From Promethearchaeia archaeon (GTDB lineage Archaea > Asgardarchaeota > Lokiarchaeia > Sigyniarchaeales > SOKP01): a stretch of 40,338 bases of DNA. The notes beneath the pieces were generated by a model. The model did no database searches and was not told the DNA's origin. It saw only the letters and a list, made by a program, of their open reading frames with translations. Position numbers and translations under genes: made by a program. Positions 1 to 8,087 of the stretch are shown piece by piece (the stretch's first letter is position 1; each line of letters begins with the position of its first letter). The stretch covers positions 1 to 40,338 of the forward strand of contig JAHQWY010000001.1 of NCBI GenBank assembly GCA_029856445.1, given 5' to 3'.

Positions 1-1277
1 AACCACTTGTAACATCGGAAATTAATACATTGGATGGTCATGATGTAATCACTGAAACTAGAAAAATTCCCATCTTTATTGAAGGTGAAATCGAGCAAAT
101 TCTTACTATAATCAGAGATATTACAGAAAGAAAGGAAATGGAAAACCAATTGAAGGAGTCAGAAGAAAAGTATCGAAACATGGTTAGTAACTTGGATGCA
201 GGATTTTATAAGGGTGAATACAAAGGTAAGTTACTAATGCATAATCAAGCATTTAATAGAATTTTAGGATTTAAGCCTTATGAAAGTATTTTGGGTGCGA
301 ACTCGTCTGAATTTTTTACGAATGAAGAAATTCAAAAGCAATATTATAAAGAATTAGATAAGAAAGGTTTTGTTAGGAATTTTATTATACAAGTTACTAA
401 AATGGATGGAGCAGAAGGAATTTTAAATGTAAATGCTCATTTAATATACAATTCTGATGGTGAACCCTCCGAAATTGAGGGTACCTTTACAGATATTACT
501 GAGAAATTCAAATTAGAGCAAGAACTAATGGAATCTGAAAAGAAATTACGAGAGCAAAATATTGAACTTATGAAATTGGATCAAATAAAAAATGACTTTA
601 TAACTATGGCAGCTCATGAATTAAAGACGCCCTTAATCTCCATTTCAGGTTACACTGATTACATACTTATGAAGCATAGAAGTAGTTTAACACCTGAAAT
701 TACAGAAGATTTAATAACTGTTCAGAGAAATGTCAAAAGACTCGAAGTATTAATGGATCAACTTTTAGAAGTCATGAAAATTGATGAAGATCGATTAAAT
801 CTTCAAATAGAACGAGTGAATGTTACTACGATAATAAATGACTGTCTTGATGAATTAAGTTATCTAATTAATGAAAAAAATCTTGAAATAATATTAAATG
901 TTAATCACGAAATAATATTATCTGTAGATACAGCACGTATTTTTACTGTTTTTACTAATTTAGTCTCAAATGCTATAAAATTTACACCAGAATATGGTTG
1001 GATTGAAATATCCGCGAAAAAAAAGAATAAAGGATATATTTTTAAAGTGAGGGATAATGGAATTGGACTTAATAAAGAAGAATTAGGAAGACTATTTAAA
1101 AAATTCGAAAGAATTAAACAACCAGTTTCTAATGAACATATCGCTATCAAGGATAGTGGTACAGGATTAGGGCTTTACATCACCAAAGGAATTATTAATG
1201 AGCACGGTGGTGAGATCTACGCTGATTCAAAAGGACCTAATAAAGGAACAACCTTCACATTTACCCTACCATTTTAA
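1..1277 (+). CDS. PAS-domain sensor histidine kinase (5' end truncated by window edge)
   Basis: The frame is open from base 3 to the TTG at 30 with no upstream stop, so the gene continues off-window. It has PAS-like segments and a coiled linker (EQELMESEKKLREQNIELMKLDQIKNDF). Kinase motifs present: H-box AAHELKTPL, N-box NLVSNAIKFT, G1 DNGIGL, G2 GTGLGLYI. Confidence 0.85.
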   Translation, partial: PLVTSEINTLDGHDVITETRKIPIFIEGEIEQILTIIRDITERKEMENQLKESEEKYRNMVSNLDAGFYKGEYKGKLLMHNQAFNRILGFKPYESILGANSSEFFTNEEIQKQYYKELDKKGFVRNFIIQVTKMDGAEGILNVNAHLIYNSDGEPSEIEGTFTDITEKFKLEQELMESEKKLREQNIELMKLDQIKNDFITMAAHELKTPLISISGYTDYILMKHRSSLTPEITEDLITVQRNVKRLEVLMDQLLEVMKIDEDRLNLQIERVNVTTIINDCLDELSYLINEKNLEIILNVNHEIILSVDTARIFTVFTNLVSNAIKFTPEYGWIEISAKKKNKGYIFKVRDNGIGLNKEELGRLFKKFERIKQPVSNEHIAIKDSGTGLGLYITKGIINEHGGEIYADSKGPNKGTTFTFTLPF

Positions 1278-1422
1278 ATGGGTAGATTAAAACTTGTAAC
1301 GATTCAAATAGTAAATCTGTATTTTTCTTTTAATAAGAACTAGTAATTTATATATCTGTTATGATATATTATTCGATGTTAGAAAATTTACTTAATAATT
1401 GTTGTAGAAATTAATAATCAGC

Positions 1423-3570
1423 ATGGCAACTATAATAGTAGCTGAAAAAAATAAAGCAGCAGAAGCCATTGCAAAAGCTTTAGGCTCAGTTAAAACAATA
1501 AAAAAATCAAAAATCCTAAATATATACATAATTCCATCAAAAGATATATATGTAATTCCATTACGCGGTCATCTACTCGAACATAAAAACACCGCGGCTT
1601 ATAAAAGTTGGACTAATACAAATTCTAGAGAGATTATCACCAATCCTAAAGCAATTAAAAAATTTCCGAAAAAAAATAGCAGTTCATATATTAAGGTTTT
1701 AAAAGAATATTCGAAGCTTTCAAATCATTGTATTATCGGAACTGATGCTGATATTGAGGGATGCAATATTGGACTTATTGATGCACTTCCCTTCATAAAG
1801 GAAGCAAACCCAAATATACGGATTTCACAATTATGGCTTAGTTCATTACAAAAAAATGAAATCATTAGTAAATTTAATAATCTCATTAGCCCAAAGTATA
1901 GTTGGGGTGAATCAGGAGAGGCAAGATCCCTTATTGATGCATTCATAGGTTTTTCTGCTACTAGAGAAGTTACTAATACGCTCCGTCCCTTATTAAATAA
2001 ATTTAGAGTTCCGTTTACTTCAATTGGAAGGGTCCAAACCAGTCTTCTTTATCTGATATATTTAAGAGATCAGGATATAACAAATTTTATACCAGAGCCT
2101 TATTTCTTAATTGATGCAGTATTATTTCATGGAGAAGGGACTTTTCAAGCCCATCATATATTAAATCCCTTTGAAAAAACTCAAGAAGTTAAAGCTCAAC
2201 AAATTTACCAAAAAATTAAGGGTGAAAAAGTTGCTAAAATAATCGATTGCCCTCAAAAATTAAAAGAGAGAGCACCCCCATCTCCACTAAACACTTCAAA
2301 AGCTTTAATCCTTTTAACTAGAAATCTACGAATTTCTGCTAGTGTAGCACTAAATACTATGAATGCCTTATATTTAAATAAATTAATCTCTTACCCAAGA
2401 ACAGATAGCGATATATATAAACCAGACTTTAACCATATTGATATTTTAAACCACTTCTCAACACATTCTCAATTAGGATCATACACTCTTAATCTACTAA
2501 AAGCAAATAGAATAATACCAACAAAAGGAAAAAAGGATGCAGGGGATCATCCTCCTATTACACCCCTCGAAAGCCTAGAAATAAACGATTCGAGATTAGA
2601 AAATGATTTACAGAAGAAAGTCTATAATATACTTGCGCGTTATTATCTCGCGTTGTTTGGAGAAAAAGCAGTAGAATCATTACAAACTTTAAATCTTTTG
2701 ATTAAAGATGAACAATTTAAAGCCCAACGCGTTTCATTAATTACTGAAGGATTTCTTGAGATTGTTCCTTTTCTTAAACCCAAATATGAAGAAGAAATCC
2801 AAATTTCTGGTAATGAGGTTCCTATAAAAGAAATTCTATTGAGAAAGAAAGAAACTAAACCACCTCCAAAGTATTCAGATGCATCCTTGCTCAAATTAAT
2901 GGAAAAGAATAATTTGGGCACAAAATCAACACGACCTATTATTATTAAAATTTTACAAACTCGTAAATTGATAGAAAGAACAAAACTACAATATTCAATA
3001 ACAGAATTGGGCAAATTCCTTATTGAAAATTTGATGAAAATATGGTTATCTTTTTTAGAACCAAATTTTACAAAAAAAGTTGAAAAAAAACTTGAAGAAA
3101 TTAAAGAAAGTAGAAGGAAAATGGATGATGTTGTAAACGAAGTAAGAGTAGAATTTTTAAAGCTATTTGATAAGTTTTTAGCTAATAAAAATGAATTAAT
3201 CTCTAAAGCTACTGGTTTTAAAATGAATTATACTATACCAATCACTTCCGCTAATTGTCCGTTCTGTAATAAAAGTCCCATGAAATTTATTAATCTCAAA
3301 AATAAAAAATTTTTAGTCTGCGCAGATGAAACTTGTAAGAGTTATTTGTCACTACCTAAGAATGGAAGGATAAAATTATTGGAATCAACTTGTTCCATTT
3401 GCAACTTCAATATTTTTAACATATCTCTTATAAAGAATAAAAAGTCATATAACTACTATATGTGTCCCAAATGCTGGAATGAAGGATTTAAGGAAAATCA
3501 AGGAAAAGGATTTTGTTCTAACTGCCAAGATTTCAAAATTGTTAGAGGGAAATGTGTAAAAAAAGAATAA
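1423..3570 (+). CDS. topA: DNA topoisomerase, type IA (archaeal Topo I/III-like) with C-terminal zinc ribbons
   Basis: 715 aa. N-terminal TOPRIM (IIVAEKNKAAEAIAKAL, acidic cluster GTDADIEGCNIG) and active-site Tyr motif LISYPRTDS. C-terminal Cys4-type ribbons: CPFC...CADETC, CSIC...CPKC, CSNC...C. Confidence 0.9.
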   Translation: MATIIVAEKNKAAEAIAKALGSVKTIKKSKILNIYIIPSKDIYVIPLRGHLLEHKNTAAYKSWTNTNSREIITNPKAIKKFPKKNSSSYIKVLKEYSKLSNHCIIGTDADIEGCNIGLIDALPFIKEANPNIRISQLWLSSLQKNEIISKFNNLISPKYSWGESGEARSLIDAFIGFSATREVTNTLRPLLNKFRVPFTSIGRVQTSLLYLIYLRDQDITNFIPEPYFLIDAVLFHGEGTFQAHHILNPFEKTQEVKAQQIYQKIKGEKVAKIIDCPQKLKERAPPSPLNTSKALILLTRNLRISASVALNTMNALYLNKLISYPRTDSDIYKPDFNHIDILNHFSTHSQLGSYTLNLLKANRIIPTKGKKDAGDHPPITPLESLEINDSRLENDLQKKVYNILARYYLALFGEKAVESLQTLNLLIKDEQFKAQRVSLITEGFLEIVPFLKPKYEEEIQISGNEVPIKEILLRKKETKPPPKYSDASLLKLMEKNNLGTKSTRPIIIKILQTRKLIERTKLQYSITELGKFLIENLMKIWLSFLEPNFTKKVEKKLEEIKESRRKMDDVVNEVRVEFLKLFDKFLANKNELISKATGFKMNYTIPITSANCPFCNKSPMKFINLKNKKFLVCADETCKSYLSLPKNGRIKLLESTCSICNFNIFNISLIKNKKSYNYYMCPKCWNEGFKENQGKGFCSNCQDFKIVRGKCVKKE

Positions 3571-3610
3571 AGTTGACTAATTTTCTAATCATATAACATT
3601 TTAACTCTAG

Positions 3611-3949
3611 TTAAAAGAATCTCTTTGCATCAAAACGATAAGCAGCTCTAGTTAAACCTACATAATTATCAGAAATTTTGTAGTAAAGCTTAGTATTTAC
3701 TACTTTCTTTTCTAAATAATTATTTTTAATCATATGATTCAATGAATTTATCATAGTCCCTAAAGTAACCGAACCAATATATCCATGCTGTTTCTTTGTA
3801 ATTCTTATTAATTCAAGTTCAGAATGCCAATGACCGTCTAATAAAGCCATAAGAATTTCATTTTTTATAGGGGTTTTAATATCCTTGATTTTATTAAACA
3901 AAACGGAATAACCAGGTTTGTAGAAATTGTCGTGTTTAAACTCTTCCAT
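3611..3949 (-). CDS. small winged-helix (wHTH) DNA-binding protein, putative transcription regulator
   Basis: 112 aa. Helix-turn-helix plus wing pattern: NEILMALLDGHWHSELELIRITK...GTMINSLNHMIKNNYLEKK...KLYYKISD. Lies 111 nt downstream of the actin gene on the same strand. Family not identified. Confidence 0.45.
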   Translation of the reverse strand: MEEFKHDNFYKPGYSVLFNKIKDIKTPIKNEILMALLDGHWHSELELIRITKKQHGYIGSVTLGTMINSLNHMIKNNYLEKKVVNTKLYYKISDNYVGLTRAAYRFDAKRFF

Positions 3950-4060
3950 CTTTTAAAGAACCTTTAAAGGAGAAAATTTGTATTATGAATAAATATTGAG
4001 CAAAATTATATATTTAAATGTAATATCACTGTAATATCCAATTAGAAGAGAAACTAAAAA

Positions 4061-5182
4061 TTACAACAAATTAGGGGGAATTCCTTCTTTAAAATATTTT
4101 GCTCTCGTTACCCAGTTATCTGAAAATTCTGGTATTAATGCGAGTATAGAACCCCCAACCCATACAGAAAAGGTTCTTTCTCTCGGTGCAATGATTCTTA
4201 CTACCTGATTTTTCTTTTTCCTTCTGGCTAATTCGAGTTCCAGCTCTTGGTACATTCGCGATTTCAAATTTGGGAACATCGAAGAACCTCCTGATAAAAA
4301 AATATTATTCAAGAGCTCTGGACGGATATCTAAATCACATTGTTCTATTACATCCATAACTGCTACTGGTAATGAATCTTCTTCTAATTCAGAGGAAGGA
4401 TTAAATAATAACTCAGGTACTAAAAATCTTTCATTTTGTAAAGAAATTGTAGAGCCGTCTGGCAAGGAATATTCTTTATTATATTGTTCACTTCTTTTTA
4501 AATCTTCTTTATAATCTAATGAAACAAAGCAAGCTTTTTCTTTTAATACTCTAACCAATTCTCTTCGAATTGAGGTATCAACAGACCAACCAATAGATTC
4601 TAATATTTGTTCCATATAATGAGTTAAGGTTCGACCTCCAATATCTAGGATTCTTACCGCATGTTCCAATTTATATCCTTCATAGATGGGAACAATTCTA
4701 GTATTACTGTCACCAATTTCGAGAATTAATCCTGTTTGAAATCCTCCTGAATATAAGGTTAGCATAGAATCCAATACAGGATAGAATGCCATGCATCGAT
4801 ATTTTTCTAAAAAGAGCTCAAAAATTTTTTCCAAATCTTTGTATGGAAACAGTGGATGAACTGCGAATAATACGTTAACTAGAGTAGGATCAACTCTTAA
4901 ATTGTAAAAGATATAATCTACGATGTTTTCAAAATGTTTCCAATCAGTAATAATCCCTTTTTCAATAGGGTAATAAATCTTATATAACCCTATTGACTGG
5001 ATCTCATCCCCTACATAAAGTTCATCTTCTCGCATATTTGGAGGAGCATAATCTATACTTACACTTTGATATTTTGGTTTCCCCACCATTGTTAAAAACA
5101 CTTGGTTTGGAGAATCCTCCCCAGCAAATCCTATTTTGGTTGAAAACTGACCTATATCCATTACGACAGTAAGATTTCCCAT
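4061..5182 (-). CDS. actin-family protein (eukaryote-like, Asgard-type divergent actin/ARP paralog)
   Basis: 373 aa, collinear with eukaryotic actin over its full length. Examples (this ORF vs actin): KIGFAGEDSPNQVF vs KAGFAGDDAPRAVF; YPIEKGIITDW vs YPIEHGIVTNW; IVPIYEGY identical; LSGGSSMFPN vs LSGGTTMYPG; FSVWVGGSILA vs YSVWIGGSILA. Confidence 0.9.
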   Translation of the reverse strand: MGNLTVVMDIGQFSTKIGFAGEDSPNQVFLTMVGKPKYQSVSIDYAPPNMREDELYVGDEIQSIGLYKIYYPIEKGIITDWKHFENIVDYIFYNLRVDPTLVNVLFAVHPLFPYKDLEKIFELFLEKYRCMAFYPVLDSMLTLYSGGFQTGLILEIGDSNTRIVPIYEGYKLEHAVRILDIGGRTLTHYMEQILESIGWSVDTSIRRELVRVLKEKACFVSLDYKEDLKRSEQYNKEYSLPDGSTISLQNERFLVPELLFNPSSELEEDSLPVAVMDVIEQCDLDIRPELLNNIFLSGGSSMFPNLKSRMYQELELELARRKKKNQVVRIIAPRERTFSVWVGGSILALIPEFSDNWVTRAKYFKEGIPPNLL

Positions 5183-5682
5183 TCTTCGTTATGCAAATAT
5201 CTTTTCTACTTTTTAATTTCTAATACTTACACAATAATATTATATTATAATTCTAAATATCTTAATTAATATTACACTAACATAACTTTCTATAATTAAA
5301 TAATTTTAAAAGATAATCTTAATCTCCTCAAAAAACTTAAACAACATATAAAAAATTAAAAAGACGAGTCTTAATCAATGAGTTATTATTTGTGAGATTC
5401 TTTTTCCATCTTCTTCTTATGGTGAATATTGTATATAGGAAACGTAGAATCTGCGATATTCATTGTGCCTAAAACCCGAAATTATGAAGATGAGTGAACC
5501 AAAAATGTCATTAGAAAAATAATACCGAATTTTTTAAGGTTTTTCAATTGATCACGCAATATTTTAATCTCAGGATTGTATTATTCCCATAAAATAATGT
5601 AGAAAAAGTACCTAATGAGTATTCTTTTTAATATATTTTTTTCTGCCAGCTTTATGAATTGGCTGCTCTCCACAGCCAAAAT

Positions 5683-6399
5683 TCACTCCCCTCGCATAAT
5701 CTTTTTCAACCTGTTTAACTCATCAAGCATCTCATCCCGAAGCGAACTCAAACCACCACCGGCTTGAGGTGCTGCCACTGGAGCTCCTGGTGGTTTAGGT
5801 GGTGCACCTCCAGATGGTGCTCCAGGTGTTGATGGTCTTTTTGCGAAGGCAGGAGCAGAAGGCGGTCCACTAGGAGCTTTTGGTGGTCCACCCCCACTAG
5901 GTGGAGCTGCAGGTGGCGTGCCTCCCGCAGGCGGTAATTTTGGTGCTGGTGGCAAATTAGGTCTTTTAGGCGGTCCACCTCCAGAAGCTGGTGCTTTAGG
6001 TGGCCCTGATGGGGGAGCACTAGGAGGTCCAGAAGGTGGTGCTTTTGGTGGTCCTCCACTAGGTGGCGCAGGTGGTGCAGGCGCCGCGGACATAGGTGGA
6101 GCTGCAGGAGTTGCTGCTGTGGGGGCTCCACCACCTCCACTCAATAAAGAGTATAAGGTACTGGCTGCTGCCGTTTTTGCTTCACCAGTTGATGTTTGTA
6201 TAATCTTTTTCGAGGAAGTACTTATTGTTTGAACTTCTTCAACAGAGACTTCTTTTAAATCCTTCTGAGCTTTAGCTAAAGATTTAATAAAATCATTAAT
6301 ACCTTTAACGGTCTCTTCGAGATCATCAGCTAAAGAAGTTAATCCTTTTTTCATAAAATTTATAACGCGTTCGATTTTTTTTTGCTCTTTTGAAACCAC
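5683..6399 (-). CDS. proline/glycine/alanine-rich protein with helical N-terminus and C-terminal amphipathic LKKI helix (function unknown)
   Basis: 238-aa ORF. Residues 1 to ~88 are charged and helical. Residues ~89-216 are low complexity with repeated GGPPKAP / PPSGPP units. The last 22 aa are LSSLRDEMLDELNRLKKIMRGE. The two other long ORFs over the same GC-rich DNA are frame shadows. Confidence 0.7.
   Translation of the reverse strand: MVSKEQKKIERVINFMKKGLTSLADDLEETVKGINDFIKSLAKAQKDLKEVSVEEVQTISTSSKKIIQTSTGEAKTAAASTLYSLLSGGGGAPTAATPAAPPMSAAPAPPAPPSGGPPKAPPSGPPSAPPSGPPKAPASGGGPPKRPNLPPAPKLPPAGGTPPAAPPSGGGPPKAPSGPPSAPAFAKRPSTPGAPSGGAPPKPPGAPVAAPQAGGGLSSLRDEMLDELNRLKKIMRGE
5752..6135 (-). repeat. 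GC-rich low-complexity coding repeat (imperfect GGTGGTCCACC / CCTCC-type units encoding PP/GGPPKAP)
   Basis: Hand count of 37/60 G+C at 5761-5820, against AT-rich flanks. Recurring ggtggtcc(a/t)cc and gg(t/a)gg(t/a)gc units. Open in three frames, as expected for a compositionally biased repeat. Confidence 0.7.
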
Positions 6400-6881
6400 G
6401 TCTACTCAATTCCTCTGTTATTATTGTGAATTTGATTAATTTTTTTATTACTAGTAATAACTTTTATACTTAAATTATATTAATATGTATATATAATTTT
6501 ATTCTAAAATCTAATCTAAAATCCATAACATTCAAAAATTCTAAAAAAACGTTAATTATTGAAAAAAACTAATAATATTATTTTATCATAAAAATTATTA
6601 AAAATTCAATCCTCTAGAAAATTATTCTGAACCTCTTCGCTTTTCTTTCCAAAGATAGGAACTAAAATCTTATAGCCTTTTGATCCCTTAAGGGGATGAT
6701 AAAGCAAGTTAAATATAAAAAGAACTTGAGAGATTATAAAATTTTAGACAAACTAATTTACATATTCTTTTCATGTTAATTAAGATATCCATCTAACTAC
6801 TAAACTTCTCATAAAACTTTTTTTATTTGAAAAATTAAAAGAAAATTAATCAAGTAAATAGAAAAATAGCTTAAATTTTGG

Positions 6882-7724
6882 TTGTGTGGGAAAATTTCTG
6901 AAAAATACGCAATAATAACAAATAACCTTACTAAAAATTTCGGAAAAGTTGTTGCTGTTAAAAATTTAAACTTAAAAATCCCTTATAGCTTGACCTTTGG
7001 ATTACTTGGCCCCAATGGAGCTGGAAAGACTACAACGGTAAGAATGCTAAATTCAATTATTTCACCAACATCAGGTACAGCTAAAGTTGTCGGTTATGAT
7101 ATCATTTCTCAAAGTCAACAAGTTAAAATTAATTCTGGTTTCCTTCCTGAATCACCAGGCTTATATCAAAAATTAACGGCAAAAGAATTTTTGGAATTTG
7201 TAGGGGAGCTGTACTATTTACCAAAAGAGATTATTTCTACTCGTATAGAAGAATTAATTATTCTCTTTGATTTGGAAGGACGTGAGAATGATCTTTTAGA
7301 AGAATATAGTAGAGGAATGAAACAAAAAGTATGTTTGTGTGCAGCCTTAATTCAAGATCCGAAAATAATTTTTTTAGATGAACCAACTTCAAATCTAGAT
7401 CCTGCAGCTTCAAGAATGGTTAAAGATCTCATATCTGATCTTAGTAAAAAAGCAGAAAAAACTATTTTTATATGTACTCATCTTCTTGATGCAGCAGAGG
7501 AATTATGTGATTTAATAGGAATAATTGATAACGGAGTAATAAAAGCAGAGGGGAGCCCAAAAGAAATAATTGAATCAACTCATACAAAAGATCTTGAGGA
7601 GGCATATCTTAAAATAATGGGTGCTACTCGTATTGAAGACTTATTAGCTTGGAGGGAAGAGACTCCAAAAAATATTAAAAAATATAAGAAAACGGAAAAA
7701 AAGAAAAAAAGAAGAGAAAAATAA
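6882..7724 (+). CDS. ABC transporter ATP-binding protein (ABC-2/CcmA-like) with Lys-rich C-terminal tail
   Basis: Walker A GPNGAGKTT, signature-like YSRGMKQKV, Walker B IIFLDEPTSNLD, H-loop CTHLL. Apparent TTG start. Tail is KNIKKYKKTEKKKKRREK. Confidence 0.9.
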   Translation: MCGKISEKYAIITNNLTKNFGKVVAVKNLNLKIPYSLTFGLLGPNGAGKTTTVRMLNSIISPTSGTAKVVGYDIISQSQQVKINSGFLPESPGLYQKLTAKEFLEFVGELYYLPKEIISTRIEELIILFDLEGRENDLLEEYSRGMKQKVCLCAALIQDPKIIFLDEPTSNLDPAASRMVKDLISDLSKKAEKTIFICTHLLDAAEELCDLIGIIDNGVIKAEGSPKEIIESTHTKDLEEAYLKIMGATRIEDLLAWREETPKNIKKYKKTEKKKKRREK

Positions 7725-7757
7725 AAAAAAATATAGGCATCTTAGAACGATTTTTTA

Positions 7758-7979
7758 TTACACATCATTTCCAAATTGAGGAATATTTTTCAATTGTTCT
7801 GATTTAAATATAGGTCCATCTTTACAGACAGATATGTCATTACTCTCTCCAATGCAGCAGGAACCACATAATCTAACACCACAATTCATTTTTCTTGAAT
7901 CTTCAGTACATCCTTTTAATTCATAAACAGAAATCTTTTTATCTAAAATAATTATTTGTTTATCTACCATATCATCCAT
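7758..7979 (-). CDS. small stand-alone Cys-rich protein resembling the C-terminal 2Fe-2S domain of PyrK-type electron-transfer subunits
   Basis: 73 aa. MNCGVRLCGSCC...VCKDGPIF matches the PyrK-type pattern M-x-C-G-x-G-x-C-x-x-C ... C-x-D-G-P-V-F. No FAD/NAD-binding domain is encoded upstream. Confidence 0.5.
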   Translation of the reverse strand: MDDMVDKQIIILDKKISVYELKGCTEDSRKMNCGVRLCGSCCIGESNDISVCKDGPIFKSEQLKNIPQFGNDV

Positions 7980-8087
7980 TAAAAAAATATAAAATAGATA
8001 AACACTAAAAATAATATATAATTATAATTTTTATTAGTGTAATTAGTAATTCACCTTTAAAAGTGTTTGACATGATAGAAAAATATA

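Noticed and set aside
3611-3949. Whether the 112-aa protein downstream of actin could be a profilin or cofilin/gelsolin-like actin regulator.
   Set aside because: Its helix-turn-helix-wing pattern fits a winged-helix DNA-binding protein and does not resemble the profilin or ADF/gelsolin folds, so it is called a wHTH regulator at modest confidence.
3950-3970. Perfect 10-bp palindrome CCTTTAAAGG (3961-3970) and the duplicated TTTAAAG just upstream of the wHTH gene, as a possible autoregulatory operator.
   Set aside because: AT-rich palindromes built on TTTAAA are expected by chance in a ~30% G+C genome. With no second copy elsewhere in the window I cannot support it as a site.
5686-5751. Reading the C-terminal helix of the Pro-rich protein as an ESCRT-III MIM1 motif ((D/E)xxLxxRLxxL(K/R)), with the protein as an ESCRT-III-like subunit.
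   Set aside because: Only a partial match (M-x3-L-x2-L-K, no Arg at the key position). The protein also lacks the ~150-aa helical-hairpin core of ESCRT-III. I kept this as an alternative to test but do not favour it.
5748-6232. Two additional long ORFs over the Pro-rich region (5748-6140 minus strand, His/Leu/Gln-rich; 5918-6232 plus strand, Gly/Ala-rich).
   Set aside because: They are frame and strand shadows of a GC-rich low-complexity repeat, which removes AT-rich stop codons in all frames. Only the 5683-6399 frame extends into normal-composition sequence with a sensible N-terminus and C-terminus.
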